Positions 43,327 through 51,814 of a stretch of 51,814 nucleotides of DNA are shown piece after piece. The notes beneath the pieces are model-generated. The model worked only from the letters and a program-made list of their open reading frames with translations. It did no database searches and was not told where the DNA came from. Position 1 is the first letter of the stretch, and the number at the start of each line of letters is the position of its first letter. The stretch spans positions 1 through 51,814 of the forward strand of contig CAYMIO010000003.1 in the NCBI GenBank assembly GCA_964390875.1, in the 5' to 3' direction. The translations under genes were made by a program, and so were the position numbers. This stretch comes from an uncultured Candidatus Saccharibacteria bacterium (lineage in GTDB: Bacteria > Patescibacteriota > Minisyncoccia > Phycocordibacterales > UBA9973).

Positions 43327-43668
43327 TCACCAAGGATCTTTGAAATCAGGCACAGTTTTTAGGAAACGTTCATTTGATGAAATACAAATAATGCTGCATT
43401 TTTTATTGGTTTTTTCCAAAAAGTATTTCCCAAATTCAGTGAGAAAAAAAATTTTAGCAGGAGGAGAGGCGTCGCCGTCCCATCTTTCTGAGATATCTAT
43501 AATTCCATTTTCAGTGAAAGCAGTAACTTCCTGCTTGTAGTCCTTGAAGTATGTTGAATGTTCTTTTGCTTTAGTGCAACACCCACCTTCTAGATGTAGT
43601 GACTTTTCTTTCTCGAAGATTTTCAAAAGAGCTTCTTCTCTTTCTGTGAGATGGTAAGTGATTTTCAT
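43327..43668 (-). CDS. hypothetical protein
   Basis: A+T-rich ORF with the first ATG at 43668. The track ORF starts at TTG 43713. No family recognised. Confidence 0.45.
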   Translation of the reverse strand: MKITYHLTEREEALLKIFEKEKSLHLEGGCCTKAKEHSTYFKDYKQEVTAFTENGIIDISERWDGDASPPAKIFFLTEFGKYFLEKTNKKCSIICISSNERFLKTVPDFKDPW

Positions 43669-43788
43669 GTGTAAATTTTTTTCTATAGTACATTTTATTT
43701 CTGTGTATGTCAAGTTTTCCTGACTAGGAGTATTACTCCTTTTTTGTTAAAATATCTACACAGCGAACACGCTCATTTTTTATTTTCT

Positions 43789-45846
43789 ATGGCAAAACAC
43801 GATACAAATACAGACAAAAAGAATTACGGAGCCGAGGAAATCTCGGTTCTTGAGGGTCTTGAACCGGTACGAAAGCGCCCCGGCATGTACATCGGTGGCA
43901 CAGGTTCCGAAGGACTCCACCACCTCATCTGGGAAATCTTCGACAACTCACGCGACGAAGCGATGGCTGGATACTGCGACACTATCGAAGTCGTGCTTCT
44001 TCCAGGAAATAGGATTCGCGTTGCCGACAACGGTCGCGGTATTCCTGTCGACATCCATCCAAAAACAAAAGTATCTGCACTTGAAACAGTCATGACTACG
44101 CTTCATGCTGGAGGTAAATTCGGTGGTGATGGGTACAAAGTTTCCGGCGGTCTTCACGGTGTGGGCGCGTCTGTTGTGAACGCTCTTTCAGTTTACACTC
44201 GCGCAGAAGTGCATCGCGATGGGGGAAAGCACATGCAGGAATATTCGCAGGGAAAGAAAAAAGCTGCCGTGAAAAAAATCGGTACATCAAAACTACGCGG
44301 TACGATCATCACTTTTGAGCCGGATGTAGAAATTTTCAAAGAAGTGAAATTTTCATGGGACACTGTCGTGAACCATTTCCGCAGTCAGGCATATCTCGTG
44401 AAAGGACTTTCTATCAAGGTCTATGACGCACGCGGCTATGAAGGAAAAATAAATGTTGACGATGAATACTGGTTCTCAGATCTTGGACTTGAAGTTCCTT
44501 CATACGGATTTTATTTCGACGGTGGTCTCGTGTCTCTTGTTTCGTACTACAACAAACTTCAGAAGCCAGTCCAAGACACTATTTTCTATGTCGAGAAAGA
44601 GCAAGACGAAGTCGGGATTGAAATTGCGCTCCAGTACGTAGATGATATTTCTACCAAGATCGTTGGTTTTGCCAACAACATTTACAACCCCGAAGGTGGC
44701 ACGCACATTACTGGTTTCAAGATGGCGCTCACTCGTCTTCTTAATACATACGGAAAGAAAAATAATTTTATAAAAGAAGCTGATGGGGGATTCACTGGCG
44801 ACGACGTACTTGAAGGTCTCACTGCTGTTGTGTCTGTGAAGCTTCGCGAAATTCAGTTTGAAGGACAAACAAAAGGAAAACTCGGTTCGCCCGAAGCACA
44901 AGGCGCAGTCGCGACGGTGTTTGGTGAAGCGTTCGAAAACTTCCTTGAAGAACATCCTGACGAAGCAAAAGCAATTGTCGGTAAAGCTATCCTTGCAGTG
45001 CGCGCGCGAAAAGCCGCGAAAGCTGCAAAGGACTCTGTGCTTCGAAAAGGCGCGCTTGAAGGAATGACGCTTCCCGGCAAACTCGCCGACTGCCAGAGCA
45101 AGAGCGCTGAAGAAGGCGAACTCTTCATTGTGGAAGGAGATTCCGCTGGAGGTACCGCAAAGACAGGTCGCGATCGCCGCACGCAGGCTATCCTTCCACT
45201 TCGCGGAAAAATCTTGAACATCGAACGTGCACGTCTTGACCGTATGCTTGCATCTGAACAGATCAAAAATCTTGTCGTGGCGCTTGGCACCGCGATCGGC
45301 GACACTTTTGATATTGAAAAACTTCGCTATCACAAAATCATCATCGCAACCGACGCCGACGTCGACGGAGCGCACATCCGCACGCTTATTCTCACGCTTC
45401 TCTATCGATACTTCCGCCCGCTTATCGATGGGGGATTCATCTACATCGCTCAGCCACCTCTCTATAAAATAAAGAAAGGAAAAGAAGTCTTCTACGCCTA
45501 TTCTGATGAAGAAAAAGCTGCGGTGATGGGTGTTGATGCAAGCGCTAACATCATGGACTTTGCTGAAGAAAGTGAAGAACCAGCCGAAGAAATTGAAATC
45601 GAAGTGAAAGACGAAAAAGGCCGCGTCGCGAAGATGCACGTCCAGCGATACAAGGGTCTTGGAGAAATGAATGCCGAAGAACTCTGGGAAACAACCATGG
45701 ATCCTTCACGCCGTGTTCTCAAGCAGGTGAGCATCGAAGATGCTGCCGACGCCGACAAAGTATTCGACATGCTCATGGGAAGCGAAGTTGCTCCACGAAA
45801 ATCCTTCATTCAGACGCACGCCAAGACCGCCGACATCGACATCTAG
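43789..45846 (+). CDS. gyrB: DNA gyrase subunit B
   Basis: YGAEEISVLEGLEPVRKRPGMYIG, GHKL ATPase, Toprim EGDSAGG and DADVDGAHI, and QRYKGLGEMN. An acidic insert lies before QRYKG. Confidence 0.95.
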   Translation: MAKHDTNTDKKNYGAEEISVLEGLEPVRKRPGMYIGGTGSEGLHHLIWEIFDNSRDEAMAGYCDTIEVVLLPGNRIRVADNGRGIPVDIHPKTKVSALETVMTTLHAGGKFGGDGYKVSGGLHGVGASVVNALSVYTRAEVHRDGGKHMQEYSQGKKKAAVKKIGTSKLRGTIITFEPDVEIFKEVKFSWDTVVNHFRSQAYLVKGLSIKVYDARGYEGKINVDDEYWFSDLGLEVPSYGFYFDGGLVSLVSYYNKLQKPVQDTIFYVEKEQDEVGIEIALQYVDDISTKIVGFANNIYNPEGGTHITGFKMALTRLLNTYGKKNNFIKEADGGFTGDDVLEGLTAVVSVKLREIQFEGQTKGKLGSPEAQGAVATVFGEAFENFLEEHPDEAKAIVGKAILAVRARKAAKAAKDSVLRKGALEGMTLPGKLADCQSKSAEEGELFIVEGDSAGGTAKTGRDRRTQAILPLRGKILNIERARLDRMLASEQIKNLVVALGTAIGDTFDIEKLRYHKIIIATDADVDGAHIRTLILTLLYRYFRPLIDGGFIYIAQPPLYKIKKGKEVFYAYSDEEKAAVMGVDASANIMDFAEESEEPAEEIEIEVKDEKGRVAKMHVQRYKGLGEMNAEELWETTMDPSRRVLKQVSIEDAADADKVFDMLMGSEVAPRKSFIQTHAKTADIDI

Positions 45847-45870
45847 TTCAAAAAAGTAAGTTATCCCCAC

Positions 45871-45893
45871 AAAGCCCCATCCGGGGCTTTTGT
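45871..45893 (+). terminator. intrinsic terminator after gyrB
   Basis: aaagcccc-atcc-ggggcttttg. Confidence 0.7.
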
Positions 45894-45947
45894 TTGACAC
45901 ATTGTTGCTATAATACAGTAGTTACTAACAGCTAATTTTATATACAC

Positions 45948-48900
45948 ATGAAAGATGTACATCGGGATCTCATGAACCAGAGCGACTCGTATGCCAGTTG
46001 GCATAAAGACCCACGCCACAAGTGGGTGCACTGGCTTCTCTTATTGGTTGTCGTGTTTGGAAGTATTTTTGCGTTCACTCGTGCGCTTGAAGGACTCAAG
46101 TTTGCTGAGATGAACGATGGGAATACAGTGGTTGCCGCTGCGTTTGCAAGTATGGCTACCAATAAACAGATTAACGACACTCGTCGATTTAGCGAACAGC
46201 TTATCGACCTCAACGAACAGCGTTTTTCCGCAAGCGGTAATACTAACGTTGATGTTCAGATGCGCAACATCGCGCTTCAGCGTCAGCAAAACATCCGCGA
46301 CCTTTTGAAAAAAGGGAAGGTGGATGAAGTGCGTTCGCTCGCATTGTCTCAAGATCAGCGGAGTGACTTGCCGCCGTCTGTCCAGTCGTTTGTTGAAAAA
46401 ACTCAGACAATAGAAGGAACGTATTCTCACATTCATGGTGACAACATGGATGCTGGTACTGAAACTCACTTTTTTTCTATCAATGCAAACAACAACGACT
46501 ATCAGCTCTACTACAGTAACGACAAAGACCGACCAGCTATCTCTACTGGCAGTACAGTAAGTGTTGAGGGTATCGTGTTTGCTGATGAAGATATCGTTGT
46601 TGATAACGAAGCGGATAACACCGATGTAGATGTGGAATTCATGGCTGATACCGATGGTGCAACGCAGCATAAAAAAATAGCTGTTATTGCGTTTAACTTC
46701 CAAAATCAACCAACTCAGCAGCCGTTTACGCTTGCTGACATGAAAACAGCGATATTTACTGCTCCTGATTCAGCAAATCAATTTTTCTATGACAACTCGT
46801 ATGGTGAATGGGACCTTGTAGGACACGTCAATACCGATGGTGATGTGTTCGGTTGGTATACTATTCCACTCAATTCAGGAACTGGATGTGAGACATTCGA
46901 CAACGTAAACTGGGCGAACCTTGCCGATGCACAGGCCGCAGCCGCTGGTGTTGACCTTAGCCCGTACCTCAAGAAGGTTTATGTTTTCCCAAAACAATCT
47001 CAGTGTAGCTGGAATGGTTTAGCTCTCGTGGGAGGTGCTCGTTCATGGCTCAATGTGATATCGCTCTCGCAAATGAAAACAGTGGGTACTCATGAGCTTG
47101 GACACAATTTCAACCTCTACCACGCCGATTCCTTGAATTGCACGAACGGTAGTGGTCTTCGAGTTCCGTACAGTGATGTGTCAGGAAACTGCATTGAACA
47201 GTCGTATGGTGACCCGTTTGATGTGATGGGCTTCTCGACAGGATTCAAACATTTCAATGTGTATCACAAAGCACAAAGCATGGCTGGTTCAACCAATTTC
47301 CTTCCTGAGGCCAACATGCAAATGCTTACTCCAAGTATTGGGCATGGTACGTTTACTCTTAAACCTCATACCACAGAGCTTTCTGGAACACAGATGCTTC
47401 GCATCGACAAGAATGCATCGTACGATTATTACCTCGAATTCCGTCAGCCAACGACTCAGTTTGGAAATTACACAAGTTATCAAGATGGTATTAATGGTGT
47501 AACGATTCATCTTGCTCGCAATACGACATTTGCTGACGAAAGTTTCTTGCTTGATATGTCACCGCTCACCAATACGTTCAATGATGCACCTCTTTCTGTT
47601 GGTGAAGTGTACACTGACCCAACAATTAACTTGCGTATTGAGACACTTTCAGTTGGTCCTGATGGAGCACAAGTATTCGTGAGTTTCGATGGAACAACCA
47701 GTGATGGGGGAAACACTAGCGGTACTTGTGAACATACAAATCCTGATCTCAATGTGACAGCGCTGGGTACAAACAATGGAGCGAATGGCACAACACGTAC
47801 ATATACTGTTGTTACTTCAAATACTGACACCCTTTCATGTGGACCAGGTGCATTTACTATTACAGCCGTCGCACCAACGGGGTGGGTTGTTACACCAGCA
47901 ACAACCTCGATCAATATCGGTTCACAAGCAGCACATACGCAGACTGTTACCGTAACTCCTCCTACTTCTGTTGTACCTGGTAATTACACAGTAACGTTTA
48001 CCGCGACTAACACCACTACTGGTATGATGGCGACTCAAAATATGTCACATCTTATTCAGGGAACGGCAACAACAGCCCCTGCTATCTCTCTTAGTTCGCC
48101 GTATGATGGTGATGTTCGTCAGGCTACACAGAATTTGTTTATCTCAAGTGGACTCTCTCCTAATATTGGTAGTAACACCGAAACACGTTTGTATCTTGAT
48201 GGTGTTCTTGTGAAGACGTGTACTAATACAACTCCGTGTGATCATACAGTGACTGCCTCAAATGTTTCTTCGGGGGTACATACTGTTTCTGCGAATGTGA
48301 CCTATACACCAACAGGAGCTGTTTCTACCGACACACACACCTTTACACAACTTGGAAATACTCCTCCGCCAGTGAGCGCTCCACAGATTACGCTTACTTC
48401 ACCACTTGAAGGGGCGAGTGTCTCTGGTAACGTTACACTTTCAAGTAGTGTCGCTACGTCAGCTTCAAATGCATCCAACATTCTGAGTAAGCTCTACCTT
48501 GATGGAGTGCTTCAGAAAACATGTACAGGAGGTTTGACGTGTTCTATCACGCTTACGAGTGTCAGTACGGGAACCCACGTTGCTTCAGCAACAGCCGGAC
48601 TCATTTCTGACACAAGCGCTGGTCTTACTACCGATGTGAACACCTTCACCAAAACGACAGACACTCCACCACCAGCAACAGTCCCACAAGTTTCTATCCC
48701 TGTTCCTTCTGGTTCAAACTACACCTTCACGTCTGACCTTGTGATAGTGACAGGACTCACACCTTCAACACCTGAAAATGTTCAGACAAAGATTTTCGTT
48801 GATGGTGCTCTCAAGCAGACATGTACAGGAACCTCAAGCTGCTTGGTGACTATCTTGAGCTCTCAGATTTCACTTGGTGCGCATACTGTTTCTGCAACTG

Positions 48901-49916
48901 CGACGAACACAGTGAATGGAGCAGTTTCTAATGCTTCAAAAACAGTTACTAAGATCGAAAACACACCTCCTCCTGCATCGGTACCAGCAGTCAGTGTGGT
49001 TGCTCCAGCAAGCGGAACGTCTCTCTCAGGTGACCTTTCTGTCACCACATCGCTTAGCCCAAATACTCCTGCTGGAGTGCAGATCCAGGTGAAGCTTGAT
49101 GGTGTTGTAAAGAACACATGTAATAATGTTGCAAATTGCGCAACAACGATCCCTGCCGCAACTATTTCAGATGGAACTCATACAGTGACTGCGGTTGCTA
49201 CATTGAATGGAAGTTCTTCAACTGATAGCAATACGTTTACAAAGACAACAACGCCTCCGCCTCCACCAGGAGGAAGTGCGCCACAGGTTACTCTGACTGC
49301 ACCTCTCTCTGGCGCAACGATAGCTGCTGCAAGCAACACGACCATCACCGCAACGCTTCCAGCAGGACAAGGAGCAAATACTCAGACGAAAATCTACTTG
49401 GATGGAATGCTCAAGCACACCTGTTCTCCTAATCTGACAACATGTTCAACCTATATCCTTCCAACCCAGGTAAGTGCGGGTACACACACTGCATCGGCAA
49501 CCACGACGTATACTCCAACCGGTCAGAGTACAACCGATTCCAAGACCTTTACGAAGCTTGCGCCGCCACCTCCAGCTGAAGGCGGAGTCTCATCGGGAAT
49601 CGCTCCTAACTACATCACTATTACCACACCAGCGAACAACTCAGTCATTACGAGCGGTGCGCTGACAGTAACAGCAAGTACTTCAGCTGAAGCGATTGCT
49701 GCTGGTAAGAAAATATTGATCAGTATGAACACAACCGGAGGTGCCTCATGGCAACTTGCACTCTGCTCAACGAGTCCTTGTGTGGCGACAGCAAGTTACA
49801 GTAGTGTGCTCTTCACTCCTGGAGTACATACGGTATCTGCAAAGTTGATGAATCCGCTTGCAAATGGTGGCTTCACTCCTCTTGCAACGACAACGATTAC
49901 GGTTACGAAGCAATAG
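45948..49916 (+). CDS. 1322-aa membrane-anchored surface protein: metzincin-like zinc protease domain plus tandem two-Cys Ig-like modules
   Basis: N-terminal anchor WVHWLLLLVVVFGSIFAF, zinc site HELGHNFNLYH (47091-47123), Thr/Ser-rich beta domains, and 5 clear plus 1 degenerate repeats of about 98 aa. Confidence 0.85.
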   Translation: MKDVHRDLMNQSDSYASWHKDPRHKWVHWLLLLVVVFGSIFAFTRALEGLKFAEMNDGNTVVAAAFASMATNKQINDTRRFSEQLIDLNEQRFSASGNTNVDVQMRNIALQRQQNIRDLLKKGKVDEVRSLALSQDQRSDLPPSVQSFVEKTQTIEGTYSHIHGDNMDAGTETHFFSINANNNDYQLYYSNDKDRPAISTGSTVSVEGIVFADEDIVVDNEADNTDVDVEFMADTDGATQHKKIAVIAFNFQNQPTQQPFTLADMKTAIFTAPDSANQFFYDNSYGEWDLVGHVNTDGDVFGWYTIPLNSGTGCETFDNVNWANLADAQAAAAGVDLSPYLKKVYVFPKQSQCSWNGLALVGGARSWLNVISLSQMKTVGTHELGHNFNLYHADSLNCTNGSGLRVPYSDVSGNCIEQSYGDPFDVMGFSTGFKHFNVYHKAQSMAGSTNFLPEANMQMLTPSIGHGTFTLKPHTTELSGTQMLRIDKNASYDYYLEFRQPTTQFGNYTSYQDGINGVTIHLARNTTFADESFLLDMSPLTNTFNDAPLSVGEVYTDPTINLRIETLSVGPDGAQVFVSFDGTTSDGGNTSGTCEHTNPDLNVTALGTNNGANGTTRTYTVVTSNTDTLSCGPGAFTITAVAPTGWVVTPATTSINIGSQAAHTQTVTVTPPTSVVPGNYTVTFTATNTTTGMMATQNMSHLIQGTATTAPAISLSSPYDGDVRQATQNLFISSGLSPNIGSNTETRLYLDGVLVKTCTNTTPCDHTVTASNVSSGVHTVSANVTYTPTGAVSTDTHTFTQLGNTPPPVSAPQITLTSPLEGASVSGNVTLSSSVATSASNASNILSKLYLDGVLQKTCTGGLTCSITLTSVSTGTHVASATAGLISDTSAGLTTDVNTFTKTTDTPPPATVPQVSIPVPSGSNYTFTSDLVIVTGLTPSTPENVQTKIFVDGALKQTCTGTSSCLVTILSSQISLGAHTVSATATNTVNGAVSNASKTVTKIENTPPPASVPAVSVVAPASGTSLSGDLSVTTSLSPNTPAGVQIQVKLDGVVKNTCNNVANCATTIPAATISDGTHTVTAVATLNGSSSTDSNTFTKTTTPPPPPGGSAPQVTLTAPLSGATIAAASNTTITATLPAGQGANTQTKIYLDGMLKHTCSPNLTTCSTYILPTQVSAGTHTASATTTYTPTGQSTTDSKTFTKLAPPPPAEGGVSSGIAPNYITITTPANNSVITSGALTVTASTSAEAIAAGKKILISMNTTGGASWQLALCSTSPCVATASYSSVLFTPGVHTVSAKLMNPLANGGFTPLATTTITVTKQ
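48075..49913 (+). repeat. tandem array of about 290-310-nt coding repeats separated by Pro-rich (PPP) linkers
   Basis: Each unit follows ..PQ(V/I)(T/S)L..P..G...(Y/F)(L/V)DG.LK.TC....C.......G.HT.SA.....FTK...PPP. Linkers sit near 48361, 48661, 48961, 49250 and 49561. Confidence 0.8.
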
Positions 49917-49928
49917 GAAAATACAATC

Positions 49929-49961
49929 AAAAAGAGCGGCGCCTGCGGCGCCGCTCTTTTT
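49929..49961. terminator. bidirectional intrinsic terminator
   Basis: aaaaagagcggcgcc-tgc-ggcgccgctcttttt between convergent genes. Confidence 0.85.
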
Positions 49962-49977
49962 GATTGTGCACTAACCC

Positions 49978-51720
49978 TTACACCTCCAACGTTCGTTCTT
50001 TTACACCTTTCACAAGAATCGCAATCAGTTCTTCTTCAGAAAGATTCATCTTCGTGCCATCACGTTTTTCGATCGTTAGCGATCCGCTCTCGATTTCTTT
50101 GTCTCCAAGAACGATCACAAACGGTGCTCGTGTAGACTTTGCTGCGTGAATACGCTTACCAAGACTATCTCCACTTTCAAAATATTCTGTACGGATGTTT
50201 TCATGTTTAAGTGCCGCTTCAAGTGCGCGAGCTTTTTCTTCATGTCCTTCTTTCACAGGGATCACTGCGACTTGTACTGGAGAAAGCCAGAGAGGGAAGT
50301 TGCCAGCGAAGTGTTCGATCATGATACCCATGAAGCGTTCGGTCGATCCGAGCATTGCGCGGTGGATCACCACAGGACGAGTCTTTTTACCGTCACTCGC
50401 CACGTAGTCGAGCTCAAAACGCTCAGGAAGGTTGAAGTCGAGCTGGATGGTAGAGAGTTGCCACTCTCGGCCAATGGCATCTTTAAACATAAAGTCGAGC
50501 TTTGGGCCGTAGAAGGCAGCTTCATCCTCAGCTTCTTGATAGTTCCAGCCCGTCTCTTTCACGATTTCGCGGAGCGCATTTTCAGCTGTGTTCCATACCT
50601 CGTCAGAGCCGAGGTACTTGCTGGTGTCTTTCGAATCGCGAAGCGAAATACGAACATAGAAATCAGTGAATCCAAACGCGCCATAGACTTCGCCGATCAT
50701 GTCGAGCATAAGTTTGATCTCGCTGTGGATCTTGGTTGGTTCGCAGAAGACATGGCAATCATCTTGAGTGAGAGCGCGTACTCGAGTGAGTCCAGAAAGC
50801 TCACCTGACTTTTCGTAGCGATAGTTGGTGGTTGTCGATGTGTAGCGCACAGGAAGATCACGGTACGAATGTGGGAGTGAGCGATAGAGCATCATGAAGT
50901 GGGGACAGTTCATTGGCTTCAAGTAGTAGTCATCACCGTCGATCGTCATAGGGCTGTACATCGCATCGTATTTGTCCAGGTGTCCCGAAATCTTGTAGAG
51001 TTCACCTTTGGTGATGTGAGGAATCCAAATAGGCACGAACCCACGTTTTTCCTGCACTTCTTGTATGAAGTTCTCTATCGTGCGACGAAGGATCGCGCCT
51101 TTTGGATAGAAAAGGGGAAGACCTGGGCCTATCTCATCGATGATAGTAAAAAGTTCCAGTTCTTTTCCAAGCTTTCGGTGGTCGCGTTTTTTTGCCTCTT
51201 CAAGTTGAGTCTCGTATGTTTCAAGCGCATCTTTTGATTCAAACGCAAGGCCGTACACGCGTGTCAGCATTTTGTTTTTCTCGTCACCGCGCCAGTAGGC
51301 ACCAGCTACGCGGTCGAGCTTGAATGATCCTTCAGGAATATCCTTCGCAGGATTTTCAGCGTGTCCTCCACGGCACAGGTCGGTGAAAGTTCCTGCTGTA
51401 TAGAAGGTAAGACCTGCATCCTTGTGTTCATTGATAAGTTCCATTTTGTATTCATTGCCACTGTATACTTCGAGCGCTTCTTCAGTAGAAACATCTTTCT
51501 TTTCAAACGAAGTCCACGAAGGAAGAAGCTCTTTCATCTTGTTTTCAATGGTGACAAGGTCGGCGTCGGTGATTTTTCCCGCAACGTCGATATCGTAGTA
51601 GAAGCCCGTGTCGATAGCAGGCCCGAGAGTGAGTTTTGAGCCCGGGTAGAGCTCTAAAACAGCCGCACCAAGGAGGTGGGCAAGCGTATGGCGGTTTTCC
51701 TTCAATTGTTCTTCAGTCAT
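49978..51720 (-). CDS. thrS: threonine--tRNA ligase lacking the N-terminal TGS domain
   Basis: It starts in the editing domain (NRHTLAHLLGAAV...GPAIDTGFYYD), followed by the class II core and the anticodon-binding domain. Confidence 0.93.
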   Translation of the reverse strand: MTEEQLKENRHTLAHLLGAAVLELYPGSKLTLGPAIDTGFYYDIDVAGKITDADLVTIENKMKELLPSWTSFEKKDVSTEEALEVYSGNEYKMELINEHKDAGLTFYTAGTFTDLCRGGHAENPAKDIPEGSFKLDRVAGAYWRGDEKNKMLTRVYGLAFESKDALETYETQLEEAKKRDHRKLGKELELFTIIDEIGPGLPLFYPKGAILRRTIENFIQEVQEKRGFVPIWIPHITKGELYKISGHLDKYDAMYSPMTIDGDDYYLKPMNCPHFMMLYRSLPHSYRDLPVRYTSTTTNYRYEKSGELSGLTRVRALTQDDCHVFCEPTKIHSEIKLMLDMIGEVYGAFGFTDFYVRISLRDSKDTSKYLGSDEVWNTAENALREIVKETGWNYQEAEDEAAFYGPKLDFMFKDAIGREWQLSTIQLDFNLPERFELDYVASDGKKTRPVVIHRAMLGSTERFMGIMIEHFAGNFPLWLSPVQVAVIPVKEGHEEKARALEAALKHENIRTEYFESGDSLGKRIHAAKSTRAPFVIVLGDKEIESGSLTIEKRDGTKMNLSEEELIAILVKGVKERTLEV

Positions 51721-51814
51721 AAGGAGAATGCTAACACAAGAATGCGCGTATAAAAAGGAGGAGGGGATCCCCCGCGCGGCAGGTGCCGGTCTGTGTGCTG
51801 AAGTGATCCGCGCA

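Noticed and set aside
44500-45639. 379-aa minus-strand ORF, and similar long antisense ORFs at 17800-18456, 17867-18466, 46041-46709, 36257-36958, 4843-5388, 10217-10687, 27147-27797, 20310-20726 and 50146-50808
   Set aside because: Each lies entirely antisense to or inside a gene with unambiguous motifs (gyrB, ftsH, the surface protease, murC, the ATPase, the LOG-like gene, nth, recG, thrS). Their products are low-complexity (runs of F, R or S). They are the shadow ORFs expected opposite real genes.
51721-51814. GC-rich sequence upstream of thrS as a possible T-box or attenuator
   Set aside because: Only 94 nt are visible. There is no T-box consensus (GGGTGGTACCGCG-like) in the transcribed orientation, and the ggggatcccc palindrome cannot form a hairpin with a loop. 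It cannot be assessed from this window.
1-51814. Alternative genetic code (UGA or UAG reassignment), CRISPR arrays, prophage or integrase, transposases, toxin-antitoxin pairs or known defence systems
   Set aside because: All conserved genes are full length with standard stops (TAA, TAG and TGA are all used). There are no short direct-repeat/spacer arrays. No integrase, transposase, RT, Cas, restriction or Abi-type motifs were recognised, apart from the decayed DUF45 fragment.

Overview
This is a 51.8-kb bacterial chromosomal window, densely coding on both strands and read with the standard genetic code. Most of it is housekeeping: adk, an archaeal-type pyrH, map, ndk, rplT-rpmI-infC, smpB plus tmRNA, a purC-purE fusion, a phosphohexomutase, ftsH, recG, murD-murC, pheS, gyrB, thrS and three tRNAs. 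Between these sit visibly more A+T-rich hypothetical genes with no recognisable family.

The style points, by inference only, to a small-genome Patescibacteria/CPR-like organism:
- No Shine-Dalgarno motif precedes any start codon.
- Many TATACT-like -10 boxes lie 6-10 nt upstream of the ATG.
- Enzyme architectures are trimmed or fused.
- There is a soluble TraD/VirD4-like ATPase and a giant surface protein.

I found no rRNA, CRISPR array, transposase, integrase or recognisable defence operon, and I cannot point to one clearly novel multi-gene system.

The most unusual signals are:
- Two about 115-bp GC-rich long-hairpin elements with identical termini.
- A conserved two-hairpin trailer immediately 3' of the tmRNA and of tRNA-Ser.
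- A promoter-to-terminator candidate ncRNA closed by a 23-bp helix.
- A Ser-type tRNA whose manual fold gives an ACU anticodon, and a tRNA-Ile(UAU).
- A mitochondrial-type single-chain PheRS.
- An isolated PurC-PurE fusion.
- An orphan coupling-protein-like ATPase.
- An Hpt-like protein with no histidine.

All folds and family calls were made by eye and need computational confirmation.
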